Assembly (NCBI GenBank): GCA_013003115.1
Contig: JABDLF010000058.1
Location: forward strand, 3,716 to 67,715
Reading direction: 5' to 3'
Origin: Gammaproteobacteria bacterium
GTDB taxonomy: Bacteria; Pseudomonadota; Gammaproteobacteria; Steroidobacterales; JABDLF01
DNA length: 64,000 bases
Shown here one piece after another: positions 52,103-61,093 of this stretch. Below the pieces are notes generated by a model, which was not told the DNA's origin, ran no database searches, and saw only the letters and a program-made list of their open reading frames with translations. Both the position numbers and the translations under genes were made by a program. How positions within the stretch are numbered: position 1 is the stretch's first letter; the number at the start of each line of letters is the position of its first letter.

Positions 52103-52771
52103 TCAGCCGGGCTGAAGTGCACCGTGGTCTATATGCCTTAGCTTGTCTCGCTGACCCAGGCGATAAAAGGAGCGTATCTCCGGCAGCAGCCCGCGAACGC
52201 GGCGCCTGCCGAAAAAGACCCTTGCGAGCCGCAGGCAATATTTGCCGGCGTAGCGGTTTGCCAGGCGATACCTTTCATGTTCGGGCTGCGCGAGCCGGGG
52301 ATCGAGAACCGGGCGCTCGAACAGCGAATGATGCAGCGCCCGCGGAACCTTTCCCGAACTCTGCCCTGCTGCAAGCACAGCCGTGCAGACGTATTTGTCG
52401 ACCTCCGCCTGCAACTCAAGTTCCAGCAAAGAAACGGCATGACCCGCCGCCGCTCGCCAGGTCAGATATAAAAAGTGGCTTATACCTTCCAGCACCGTCC
52501 AGAAGTCATCGAGATTGGAGTCGTTCAGTTCTGAGTGCGGGTTGTTCTCGCCAAGACGATTCAAAACCGATTCGTCGAGGTAAAGCGCGAGCCTTGCGCC
52601 CTCCTCGTCTTGCGCAACAAGGAGTTTTTCCGGCACGTCCCGCGGGTTCCCTGCCTCACCTTCCAGTGTCTGGGCGGCAACCTTGTCTGTCACCAGAAAA
52701 TCGGCAGCGCTATGACCGCCCGCAACGCTGTAGATTCGTTCCAGTAGTCTCTGCGTGCGCTCGACGATCAT
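52103..52771 (-). CDS. Hypothetical protein with zincin-like EGxxH...ExExQAE motif
   Basis: LEGISHFLYL...SLLELELQAEVDKY; ATG 52771, 16 bp after the upstream gene. Confidence 0.8.
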   Translation of the reverse strand: MIVERTQRLLERIYSVAGGHSAADFLVTDKVAAQTLEGEAGNPRDVPEKLLVAQDEEGARLALYLDESVLNRLGENNPHSELNDSNLDDFWTVLEGISHFLYLTWRAAAGHAVSLLELELQAEVDKYVCTAVLAAGQSSGKVPRALHHSLFERPVLDPRLAQPEHERYRLANRYAGKYCLRLARVFFGRRRVRGLLPEIRSFYRLGQRDKLRHIDHGALQPG

Positions 52772-52787
52772 ACGGGGCTCGCAGGCG

Positions 52788-53420
52788 TCAGTGCTGCGGG
52801 CTTGCTGACGAAACCGCCACGGGCTGAACACCCAGTTTCCGCAGGAGCGCACCGGCGCGTTTGCTGCCGGTTTTCATCCAGATCTCATATAACCTGAGGA
52901 TGTCACCGTTACTGCTCATCCCGGTGCCTTCACTGACTTCCCATAGCACGTCCACGAAGCCCTGAAACTTGCGGGCCAGTTCCCGATAGACGCTGGCAAA
53001 CCCATGCCCGTTCTGCGTGCCCCGGAGGTGGTTATGCAATGACCCGTAAGCATTGCCGCCCATGGCCACATAGTAATCAACGTCGACCAGACGACGCGCA
53101 AACATCTGGCTGAAAAAACCGGCGACAAACAAGGAGACATCACCGAGCCTGCGCAGCGCCTCGTTCCTCTGGCGCTCACTGTTCGCTTCAAGCGCATCAC
53201 TGAGCATCAGTGCAAGTGGCTTCAGCTGGCGCCCGTCCGGGGTATCTTCGTAGAGCTCTTCTGCCCTTGTGAACATGGTGAGGATATTTACGACGTAATG
53301 AACGGTGTGGTCGTCAGCGTTCAGATTTTGATTGACGAGCGCGCTCTCAACCGAGTCCCGGAAGAACTCGCGAACGTTATAAGTTGCTATGACCTTTCGG
53401 CCTCGACTGCCATCTTTCAT
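52788..53420 (-). CDS. Hypothetical helical protein
   Basis: LRRLGDVSLFVAGFF...VDVDYYVAMGGNAY; ATG 53420 after GAGGGGG. Confidence 0.85.
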   Translation of the reverse strand: MKDGSRGRKVIATYNVREFFRDSVESALVNQNLNADDHTVHYVVNILTMFTRAEELYEDTPDGRQLKPLALMLSDALEANSERQRNEALRRLGDVSLFVAGFFSQMFARRLVDVDYYVAMGGNAYGSLHNHLRGTQNGHGFASVYRELARKFQGFVDVLWEVSEGTGMSSNGDILRLYEIWMKTGSKRAGALLRKLGVQPVAVSSASPQH

Positions 53421-53675
53421 CAGCAGCCCCCTCATCACTTGCAGAAAAATTTTTCGCTAACAGTTCCCTTAAACGGTAACAATTTTCAGCATGACTTCAT
53501 TAATCCGCGCTTCGCATCGTCTGTCAAGCAACCCGCTCTCGAAACGCACAATTCTTCGCGCCGGCGCGGTTGGCGTTGCTGGAAAAATGAATGTGAAAGT
53601 ATTTCAGGAGGTCGTCAGAGGACGATTCAGGCCCTGCCGCCAGGAAAGCGGCATGCGCGTGCGAGCAGTTGCGTT

Positions 53676-53819
53676 TCAACCAGAGTAGAAACTCAGCAGC
53701 AACAGGCCGAGACAGAGCACGACGGCCCAGAGCGCGTCTTCGTGGTTCTCGACGAAAGAGCGCATGCTGTTCTGTCGCTTATCTCGCGTTTCGGTTGCCA
53801 TCTTTTTTGCCAATGCCAT
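53676..53819 (-). CDS. Unannotated 47-aa single-pass membrane protein
   Basis: MALAKKMATETRDKRQNSMRSFVENHEDALWAVVLCLGLLLLSFYSG*; upstream CRP box and -10 at class II spacing. Confidence 0.6.
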   Translation of the reverse strand: MALAKKMATETRDKRQNSMRSFVENHEDALWAVVLCLGLLLLSFYSG

Positions 53820-53854
53820 AAGTGAGTTAGAATATAATACTCTTTGGGAACATT

Positions 53855-53897
53855 AACATAAACACGTAAGTTGTTAAATTCTGTGACTATCGTCACA
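53855..53897 (-). promoter_or_regulatory. Class II CRP-dependent promoter
   Basis: Perfect TGTGA-ctatcg-TCACA at 53882-53897; -10 TATGTT at 53860-53855 places the box at -41.5. Confidence 0.78.
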
Positions 53898-54142
53898 AAA
53901 ACCGGCGCCCCGGCGAATGCTCGTCCAAGCGTCGGGCTTCGCCAGAGCGCGGGCTTTGCTGCATCCGCGTCTTTTCGATCCCCATTGCGCCAGCAGGGAA
54001 GCGCTACCGTGGCGGCGGAGTATCCATACGCACCGCCCGGCGCTTGTTCCAAAAAGGTCTTGAAAATTCCGAGGCCTGCGGCGGTCGCCCTAGCCTGCAG
54101 GCACGACAACGGGCGACTTCCGCGTACCAATTCTGGCACGCG

Positions 54143-54337
54143 CTAGTCGTCGTAATATTCTCCGAGGTCCCGCGACAACTCCCGGCGCTCAATGCGCCGC
54201 TCGATCTTTCGACGGGCCGCCAGCATGCGCATTTTGCGATCGCGTCGCTCGGCGCTGCGCAGAAAGGTCTCGACATCAAAATCTTCTCCGACTCCCCCTT
54301 CAGCATCATAAAACTCTGATTCGTATTCCTGTTTCAT
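54143..54337 (-). CDS. Small charged protein resembling the PA3496/DUF3545-type family
   Basis: Acidic N-terminus and ARRKIERRIERRELSRDL..Y; upstream TTGCTT-N16-TATATT at 54422-54395. Confidence 0.7.
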   Translation of the reverse strand: MKQEYESEFYDAEGGVGEDFDVETFLRSAERRDRKMRMLAARRKIERRIERRELSRDLGEYYDD

Positions 54338-54511
54338 GGTCACTCACCCGTGTTGCTAATCATCTACACCACCTGGCATACGTCAGGCGCTGCGAATATA
54401 GGCTGCGGCAGCAAAAAAGCAAGTAAATTTTCAGCCGCCCCACGGGCGGCCGGAATGGCCTGTATCATGGCAGGCAAAAGTGGCTGACAGCTGGGGAACA
54501 TGGAGGACAAA

Positions 54512-55459
54512 ATGCACTATCGGAAGCTGGGCGACAGCGATCTCGAGGTATCGGAAATTGCCCTGGGTTCCTGGCTAACCTATGGCGTGGGCGTAGCCAA
54601 AGAACAGGCCCGGAACTGTCTCAGGCAAGCCTTCGACAGTGGCATAAATCTGATCGACACAGCTAACGTTTACGGCAGGGGTGCCGCCGAAAGCGTGCTG
54701 GGCGAACTACTCCGCGAATTCTCGCGCGAGGATTACGTGCTTGCGACCAAAGTATATTTTCCGATGTCGGCGACCGACAGGGGATTGTCGGCAGCACAAA
54801 TATCCCTGCAACTCGATGGCTCTCTTGCGCGCCTCGGCACAGAATACGTCGATCTCTACCAGTGCCATCGCTACGATCACGAGACGCCGCTCGAAGAAAC
54901 CATGGCCGCGCTGACTCAGGCCGTCGATGCAGGCAAGGTGCGCTACATCGGCTTCAGCGAATGGCCAGCGGAAAAGATCAGCGCCGCCCTCGCGATGAGC
55001 GGTGTTGCAAAATTCGTTTCGAGCCAGCCACATTACTCAATGCTCGGCCGCTGGCCTGAAGCGGAGGTGATCCCGGTTTGCCGCGAGAACGGTATAAGCC
55101 AGATCGTGTTTTCCCCCCTCGAACAAGGCGTTCTCACCGGCAAGTACAAGCCAGGACAGCCACCACCGAGGGGATCGCGGGGGAGCGACGATGCGTCCAA
55201 TCAATTCATGGGTGATTGGCTCAAAAACGAAGTACTGCAAGCCGTTCAGACGCTTCGGACCCTGGCGGACGAAGCGGGACTCACCATGGCGCAAATGGCG
55301 CTGGCCTGGGTTCTGCAAAACGACAATGTTGCTGCCACGATTATCGGGGCGAGCAGGCCCGGGCAAATTGTCGAGAACGCCGCAGCCTCCGGTGTCAGGC
55401 TGGACGTCGCAACAATGGCTGCCATCGACAAAAACTTGCGCAAGGTTATCCACCGATGA
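54512..55459 (+). CDS. Aldo/keto reductase (Kv-beta-like subfamily)
   Basis: LGSWLT, DTANVYG, LATK, DLYQCHRYD, GKVRYIGFSEW. Confidence 0.92.
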   Translation: MHYRKLGDSDLEVSEIALGSWLTYGVGVAKEQARNCLRQAFDSGINLIDTANVYGRGAAESVLGELLREFSREDYVLATKVYFPMSATDRGLSAAQISLQLDGSLARLGTEYVDLYQCHRYDHETPLEETMAALTQAVDAGKVRYIGFSEWPAEKISAALAMSGVAKFVSSQPHYSMLGRWPEAEVIPVCRENGISQIVFSPLEQGVLTGKYKPGQPPPRGSRGSDDASNQFMGDWLKNEVLQAVQTLRTLADEAGLTMAQMALAWVLQNDNVAATIIGASRPGQIVENAAASGVRLDVATMAAIDKNLRKVIHR

Positions 55460-56256
55460 CTGATAATCCGGCCAAAGCACCCTCCATGTCACTTGCCGGC
55501 AGGACGGCCCTGGTCACAGGCGGCACTCGCGGCATTGGCGCCGCCACCGCGGTCGCACTCGCACAATCGGGTGCCCGCGTTTGTATAGTCGCGAGAGATG
55601 CTGCGCAGGTCGAAAAAATGGTCGACGAATGTAGGGCTTTGGAGCTGGATCTATCGGGTGCCAGCGCCGACCTTTCCCGGATTCAGGATCTTGACCGTCT
55701 CTTTGACCGCTTGTCGCTGAGCAAACTCGACATGCTGATCAACAATGTTGGAACCAATATCCGTCGCGGCGCCGCTGACTACTCGCGCGAAGAATTTGCT
55801 GCCGTCATGAACACCAACCTGATCTCTGCGTGGGAGCTCAGCCGGCTCGCATATCCGCTGCTGCGTTCGAGTTCCGACGCAGCCATCGTCAATGTCACTT
55901 CGGTTGCGGGCCTGACTCACCTGGGGACCGGCACGCCCTACGCCATGAGCAAGGCTGCCATGATCCAGATGACGCGCAGCCTTGCCGTTGAATGGGCAGC
56001 TGATGCAATCAGGGTCAATGCGGTGGCGCCCTGGTACACGGACACCCCGCTGGCCCGCGGCGTGCTGAACGACCCCGAATATCATGCGGCGGTTGTGCGG
56101 CGCACACCGCTGGGCCGGATCGCCACGGCGCGCGAGGTAGCCTGCGCCATCGCTTTTTTGTGCTCTGCTTCAGCCAGCTTTATCACCGGGCAATGCCTTG
56201 CCGTAGACGGCGGCTTCAGCGCCGCGGGATTCGATGGACTCCGTCAGGACGGATGA
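55456..56256 (+). CDS. SDR oxidoreductase, tropinone reductase-like
   Basis: TGGTRGIG, NNVGTNIR, YAMSK, VNAVAPW; ATGA overlap with the AKR gene. Confidence 0.9.
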   Translation: MTDNPAKAPSMSLAGRTALVTGGTRGIGAATAVALAQSGARVCIVARDAAQVEKMVDECRALELDLSGASADLSRIQDLDRLFDRLSLSKLDMLINNVGTNIRRGAADYSREEFAAVMNTNLISAWELSRLAYPLLRSSSDAAIVNVTSVAGLTHLGTGTPYAMSKAAMIQMTRSLAVEWAADAIRVNAVAPWYTDTPLARGVLNDPEYHAAVVRRTPLGRIATAREVACAIAFLCSASASFITGQCLAVDGGFSAAGFDGLRQDG

Positions 56257-56364
56257 TTAATTGGCTCGCAGACTACAAATACCTTACATTTACCGGACGC
56301 CCTCGGCACCCGACTCCCGGCGGATAAACAAGAAATCGCTTCTGGCACCTGCAAAGCTGACAGC

Positions 56365-56619
56365 ATGAATGAAAAAACCCTGCGTGCACTGGTCGAGGCC
56401 GGCGCGATCAAGCGTATAAGAATTGTGGCCAAGGGCTGCGTGTTCCACGTCGAGGCCGACACGCCGAACGGCACCATCACAGCTGCCACTATGAAAGGGA
56501 AAGTAAAAACCTGGAGCACACTCGATGCATCTGCCCGGTGGGTGCGCTCGCTGGGCATTGGTGAGGTCAGGATTCAAATGAGCCAGTGGCAGCCCGAACA
56601 ACGCGGCCTGAAGATCTGA
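56365..56619 (+). CDS. Small basic protein resembling plasmid partition-associated small proteins
   Basis: TLRALVEAGAI...KTWSTLD...RSLGI pattern; family assignment from recollection only. Confidence 0.6.
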   Translation: MNEKTLRALVEAGAIKRIRIVAKGCVFHVEADTPNGTITAATMKGKVKTWSTLDASARWVRSLGIGEVRIQMSQWQPEQRGLKI

Positions 56620-56693
56620 GCTACATCCCGAATGATAACGAAGATGCAAAGCCCGCCAGCGCCGCCAGACTGCAGATTGCCAAAGGACCCGGA

Positions 56694-59678
56694 ATGAACT
56701 CAAAAACCTTACTCATTACACTTTCGCTCGCACTCGTATTTTTTGGCACGATCCCGGATGCCGACGCGCGCAGACCGGGCGCAGGCAAGCCGAGCGGCGC
56801 AGATGCCATGCAAAAGGCGTGGGAGCGTCACAAGGCCCTCGAGGAAGAGACGCTATTTCACGGCCTTGAATGGCGCAACATAGGCCCCGTCGTTCAAGGT
56901 GGTCGTGTGGTTGATATCGCCTCGGTACCAGGTTCGCCATATTCTTTTTACGTCGCCTACGCGTCAGGCGGCCTCTGGAAAACAACAAACAACGGCGTGA
57001 CTTTCGAGCCCGTGTTCGACACTCAGGCGAGCATAATCATGGGCGCCATAGCCGTGGATCCTGAGAATCCCCAGACTGTGTGGGCAGGTACCGGAGAAAA
57101 CAACTCGTCAAGATCCTCCTACGGCGGCATGGGCGTGTTTCGCTCCGACGACGGGGGTGCGAGCTGGCGAAACGTCGGGCTAAGGGAAAGCAATCGAATC
57201 GGCCGTATCGTCATCGACCCGCGAGATTCAAAGCGCGTGCTGGTAGCGTCGCTAGGGAAACTCTATACGCCTGGTGGCGAACGCGGCATTTATCTGACGG
57301 AGGACGGCGGAGAAAGCTGGCAACAGGTGCTGGCTGGCGACGCTGTGACCGGCTTTGTAGATCTTGCAATAACGCCGGCAAAACCCGACGTGATGTATGC
57401 CGCGGCATGGGAACGATCGCGCACGCCCTGGAACTTCGTGGAAGGAGGCACAGGCAGCGGAGTCTGGAAATCAACCGATGCCGGCAAGAGCTGGATCCGA
57501 CTCGGCAACGGGCTGCCCTCCGGAGAACACGTTGGCCGCATTGGCCTGGCCGTCTCCACAAGTCACCCGGATACGCTTTACGCGAGCGTCGATAACCAGC
57601 AGGAGCTCCCCCAAGAGCAATGGGATCTCGGTGACAGCCCCTTGAGCGCCAAGCGGCTCAAGATGATGGGAAAGGAAGAGTTTCTCAGCCAGGATCCTGA
57701 AGAAATAGAGCTCTTCATCCGCAGCAACGACCTCGATACCGACCTCGACGCCGAGAAGCTGATCGCGATGATTAAAAGCGACGAGCTCAGCATCAGGGAC
57801 CTCGTCGATGAACTGGACGATGCCAACGCCAACCTTTTTAACACCGACATAAAGGGCATCGAGGTTTATCGCAGCGATGATGGCGGCCAGAGCTGGCGCA
57901 AGACACACGATCAGGTGCTCAGGGAGGTCGTGTATACCTATGGCTACTACTTCGGAGAAATCCGGGTGGCTCCTGACAACCCTGACCGCGTCTTTCTGCT
58001 CGGGGTACCGCTTCTGCGCTCGGATGACGGCGGTAAGTCCTGGAGCGGAATCATGGGAAATGACATGCATGCCGATCTGCAGGCCATGTGGATCGACCCT
58101 GCCTATCCGGAGCGGGTTATTGCAGGTAATGACGGCGGCCTCGACGTAAGCTACGACGGCGGCGAGACCTGGCTCAAGATGGACGCGCAGCCCGTCGGAC
58201 AGTTTTACACGGTAGCGGTCGACATGGCTGATCCCTACAACGTCTACGGCGGTTTGCAGGATAACGGCACCTACAGGGGCTCCAGCAAAAATCGCTGGCA
58301 GGATGGACCCAGCTGGGCCCGCGTGAACGGCGGCGACGGTATGTACGTAGCCATTGACCCTCGCGACAACAAGACCGTCTATACGGGTTTTCAGTTCGGC
58401 TACTACACGCGCATCGACGCCAGTGGAAAGCGGCACACGGTGCGTCCGCGCGACAAGCTGGGCGAGCCGGCGTTGCGATACAACTGGAACACGCCGGTCG
58501 TTCTTTCGACGCACAATCCTGACATCGTTTATTTCGGCGCCAACAAGCTCTATCGCTCCATGGACAAGGGTGAAACCTGGGCTGCAATCAGCGACGATCT
58601 GAGCCGCTCTGAAAAGCGTGGCGACGTGCCTTATGCAACGATTACGAGTATTTCTGAATCACGGCTGGAATTTGGTCTTGTCTGGGCCGGCACAGACGAC
58701 GGCCAGATTCAGGTCTCCGACAATGGTGGCGGCAGCTGGCGCGACGTGGCCCGATCAATTCCATCGAATCGCTGGGTGAGTCGTGTCGAAGCCTCCGGAC
58801 ATGCCAGGAATCGGGCATACCTGAGCCTCAATGGATACCGCAACGACGACCAGCGCGCTTATGTGTATGCGACCGACGACCTCGGGCGCAGCTGGCGAAA
58901 CATTTCGGAGGGGCTGCCATCGGAGCCTGTCAACGTTGTGCGAGAAGACCCTGTAAATGAAGATCTGCTTTACGTGGGCACAGACCGCGGCGTCTATGTT
59001 TCGATGGACCGCGGCGCGTCCTGGCAGGCGCTACAGAGCGGACTGCCGAATGTACCGGTACACGATCTGGTGGTTCATCCTCGTGAGCGCGAGTTGGTGG
59101 CAGGCACGCATGGCCGCAGCGTGTGGATAGTCGATGTGCTGCCGGTGCAGGAACTCACTCAAAGTGTGCGCGACAGCGGTCTGCACCTGTTCGCCCTTGA
59201 GGAGATCCAGGCACAGCGGTACTGGCGAGGCCGGCGTTCTCTTTGGCGCCACCGCCCAGAGCACGAGCCGGAGATTAAAGCTCCCTACTGGTCTGCGAAT
59301 GCCGGCGAGGCACTACTGGAAGTGCTTGATGATGCTGGCAATCCGGTTTACACCGAGACACTGGAGGCCCGGCGAGGCGTCAACAACTGGACATGGCGCC
59401 TTGAAATGAATGAACAGCTGGCGCTTGAGGCCGAGCAGGCTTCACTCGCGGCAGCAGATTCTACAGAAGACCAAGAGAACACAGATGGAACTGGCAGGCG
59501 CGCGCGAGTGGCTGAAGCGGTCAGCCTTGGCCATCCGCTTTATATATTCCCGGGCGACTACACGATCCGGATCAGTCGCGCGGACAACAGTGCCGAGACA
59601 AAACTAAAAGTTAATGCACCCAAGAAGCTGGAACCAAGGAAGCCTGCGCCGCCACCACTTCGCGGCCGCGACAAATAA
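56694..59678 (+). CDS. Secreted VPS10/BNR-repeat beta-propeller protein (glycosyl hydrolase-like)
   Basis: Signal peptide, WRNIGP...GGRV, many S/TxDxGxxW Asp-boxes, GTHGRS. Confidence 0.88.
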   Translation: MNSKTLLITLSLALVFFGTIPDADARRPGAGKPSGADAMQKAWERHKALEEETLFHGLEWRNIGPVVQGGRVVDIASVPGSPYSFYVAYASGGLWKTTNNGVTFEPVFDTQASIIMGAIAVDPENPQTVWAGTGENNSSRSSYGGMGVFRSDDGGASWRNVGLRESNRIGRIVIDPRDSKRVLVASLGKLYTPGGERGIYLTEDGGESWQQVLAGDAVTGFVDLAITPAKPDVMYAAAWERSRTPWNFVEGGTGSGVWKSTDAGKSWIRLGNGLPSGEHVGRIGLAVSTSHPDTLYASVDNQQELPQEQWDLGDSPLSAKRLKMMGKEEFLSQDPEEIELFIRSNDLDTDLDAEKLIAMIKSDELSIRDLVDELDDANANLFNTDIKGIEVYRSDDGGQSWRKTHDQVLREVVYTYGYYFGEIRVAPDNPDRVFLLGVPLLRSDDGGKSWSGIMGNDMHADLQAMWIDPAYPERVIAGNDGGLDVSYDGGETWLKMDAQPVGQFYTVAVDMADPYNVYGGLQDNGTYRGSSKNRWQDGPSWARVNGGDGMYVAIDPRDNKTVYTGFQFGYYTRIDASGKRHTVRPRDKLGEPALRYNWNTPVVLSTHNPDIVYFGANKLYRSMDKGETWAAISDDLSRSEKRGDVPYATITSISESRLEFGLVWAGTDDGQIQVSDNGGGSWRDVARSIPSNRWVSRVEASGHARNRAYLSLNGYRNDDQRAYVYATDDLGRSWRNISEGLPSEPVNVVREDPVNEDLLYVGTDRGVYVSMDRGASWQALQSGLPNVPVHDLVVHPRERELVAGTHGRSVWIVDVLPVQELTQSVRDSGLHLFALEEIQAQRYWRGRRSLWRHRPEHEPEIKAPYWSANAGEALLEVLDDAGNPVYTETLEARRGVNNWTWRLEMNEQLALEAEQASLAAADSTEDQENTDGTGRRARVAEAVSLGHPLYIFPGDYTIRISRADNSAETKLKVNAPKKLEPRKPAPPPLRGRDK

Positions 59679-59691
59679 ACCAAACGGCTAT

Positions 59692-60192
59692 CTAAAAGAG
59701 CTGGTCGCGCGCAAACAGGTCATCGCGGTATTCACTGACGAACTGCAGCGTCCTCAGCAGAGGCAGGTGTTCCGGGACAATACGCCGGTCAAGTCTCCGT
59801 GCAGACAACGCATCGATGATTTCATGCAGCAGCCCTGGAATCAGTACGAGCTCGCCGCCGCCGAGGGTGCGACGTCGCGCTGCGCGCGCATATCCCAGCA
59901 GGGCGCGCTGACGAAGGACAGGTTTCTTCCTGAAACCCCTGGCGATAGCCTCGACGTGGGCCTGACCAACCCGAAACTTGGCCCTGAAACGTTTGTCGCG
60001 CTTCTCCCACGAATCCGAATCCATTGATGCTTCAACGTGAACAAACTCGCCGCTCGTGGGGTGTTGGGCCAGTACGTCCAGCTCACCGCCCCCCGCTTTC
60101 CCGGTGCCGGCCACTTTCACATTGCGAAGCACAAAGTACCCTTGAAATTCGTACCATTCTGCAGCCAGCTGCACCAGATAGTTCGCGCCCAT
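59692..60192 (-). CDS. PD-(D/E)XK-like nuclease-fold protein
   Basis: EWY..QGYFV..NV, ELDVLA, HVEASMD. Confidence 0.65.
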   Translation of the reverse strand: MGANYLVQLAAEWYEFQGYFVLRNVKVAGTGKAGGGELDVLAQHPTSGEFVHVEASMDSDSWEKRDKRFRAKFRVGQAHVEAIARGFRKKPVLRQRALLGYARAARRRTLGGGELVLIPGLLHEIIDALSARRLDRRIVPEHLPLLRTLQFVSEYRDDLFARDQLF

Positions 60193-60373
60193 TCGCCCCC
60201 CCTGGCGATAGATCGTCAGCCACACTCACTTCCGTACAGCTTCAGCATAGCTAAACCAGCCGTCCCGCGCAGCGGCCAGGACTCACCGGAATCAGCCCTC
60301 GCCGACGCAAACGCGCAAAAACCCTGATTTTCAGCCATAAGCGTGAAGCCGCAGGGTTTATGCGTCGGGCATC

Positions 60374-60417
60374 TGTGAACTGCATCACATATGCCCGCTT
60401 TATGGCCCTGTTATCTT
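60374..60417 (+). promoter_or_regulatory. Perfect CRP box plus extended -10 (class II-like promoter)
   Basis: TGTGA-actgca-TCACA at 60374-60389; TGtTATCTT with hexamer at 60412-60417. Confidence 0.75.
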
Positions 60418-60493
60418 GTCTTCTACACCAATGGTCTGGTGACTCACTGGTCGGTCTCTTTGACCCTGCACAGGTCACGGAGCAGAGAATGAA

Positions 60494-60922
60494 ATGTTTG
60501 ACTCGTTAAAAAAAGCTTTTGGCAGTAAGGGCGCGAAGCCCGAACCTGGAGTTAATGGACCGCCAGTCTCGGCGCCCGTGCCAGTCGAACCGGCCGGCGA
60601 ACGGCTCGCAGACAAGTATCCCCAGGTCGCAAAGATCGGGGTAAACCTCTCTATTCGCGCCCCATTCGAAAAGATCGAGCCTACTGTGCGCGGTTTCTCC
60701 ATGGGCATGGATTCCATGGCCAACTTCACATTTCGCTGCAAGAACACGGAATGCGTCGACGGCGGCTTCGACCTGACTGAAGAAATAGATCACATGATCT
60801 CTGAATACGAAACCAGCAAACACGGGCGCCGCGTCTGCCAGGGCTGGGACGGCAAGAGCAACGTTGGACACCAGCGCTGCTATTACGAGCTGAATTTTAT
60901 AATCAATATCGGATACAAATGA
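60494..60922 (+). CDS. Hypothetical protein with four Cys (possible Zn site)
   Basis: FRCKNTECVDGGFDL...VCQGW...RCYY. Confidence 0.8.
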   Translation: MFDSLKKAFGSKGAKPEPGVNGPPVSAPVPVEPAGERLADKYPQVAKIGVNLSIRAPFEKIEPTVRGFSMGMDSMANFTFRCKNTECVDGGFDLTEEIDHMISEYETSKHGRRVCQGWDGKSNVGHQRCYYELNFIINIGYK

Positions 60923-61093
60923 CGCGCCAGATAAGGGCATCTAACTAGCGGTCCGCAACGACCCGCGCCCGGGCAAGCGCCACGCTGCAAAAACCTCCTT
61001 GCGAAAAAAGTTCCCGTTGATATCGGGGAATTTGTCACCATTTTCTTACTCCAAAGGCAGTATTGATAGCTGCTGTTGAAGTGAGGATACAAA

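Noticed and set aside
53580-53655. Second Rsm-like sRNA on the plus strand (four GGA motifs, one in the TGCCGC-caggaaa-GCGGCA loop)
   Set aside because: Only one GGA is in a loop, and no promoter or U-tailed terminator is visible; the hairpins may be the 3' end of the minus-strand small-protein mRNA
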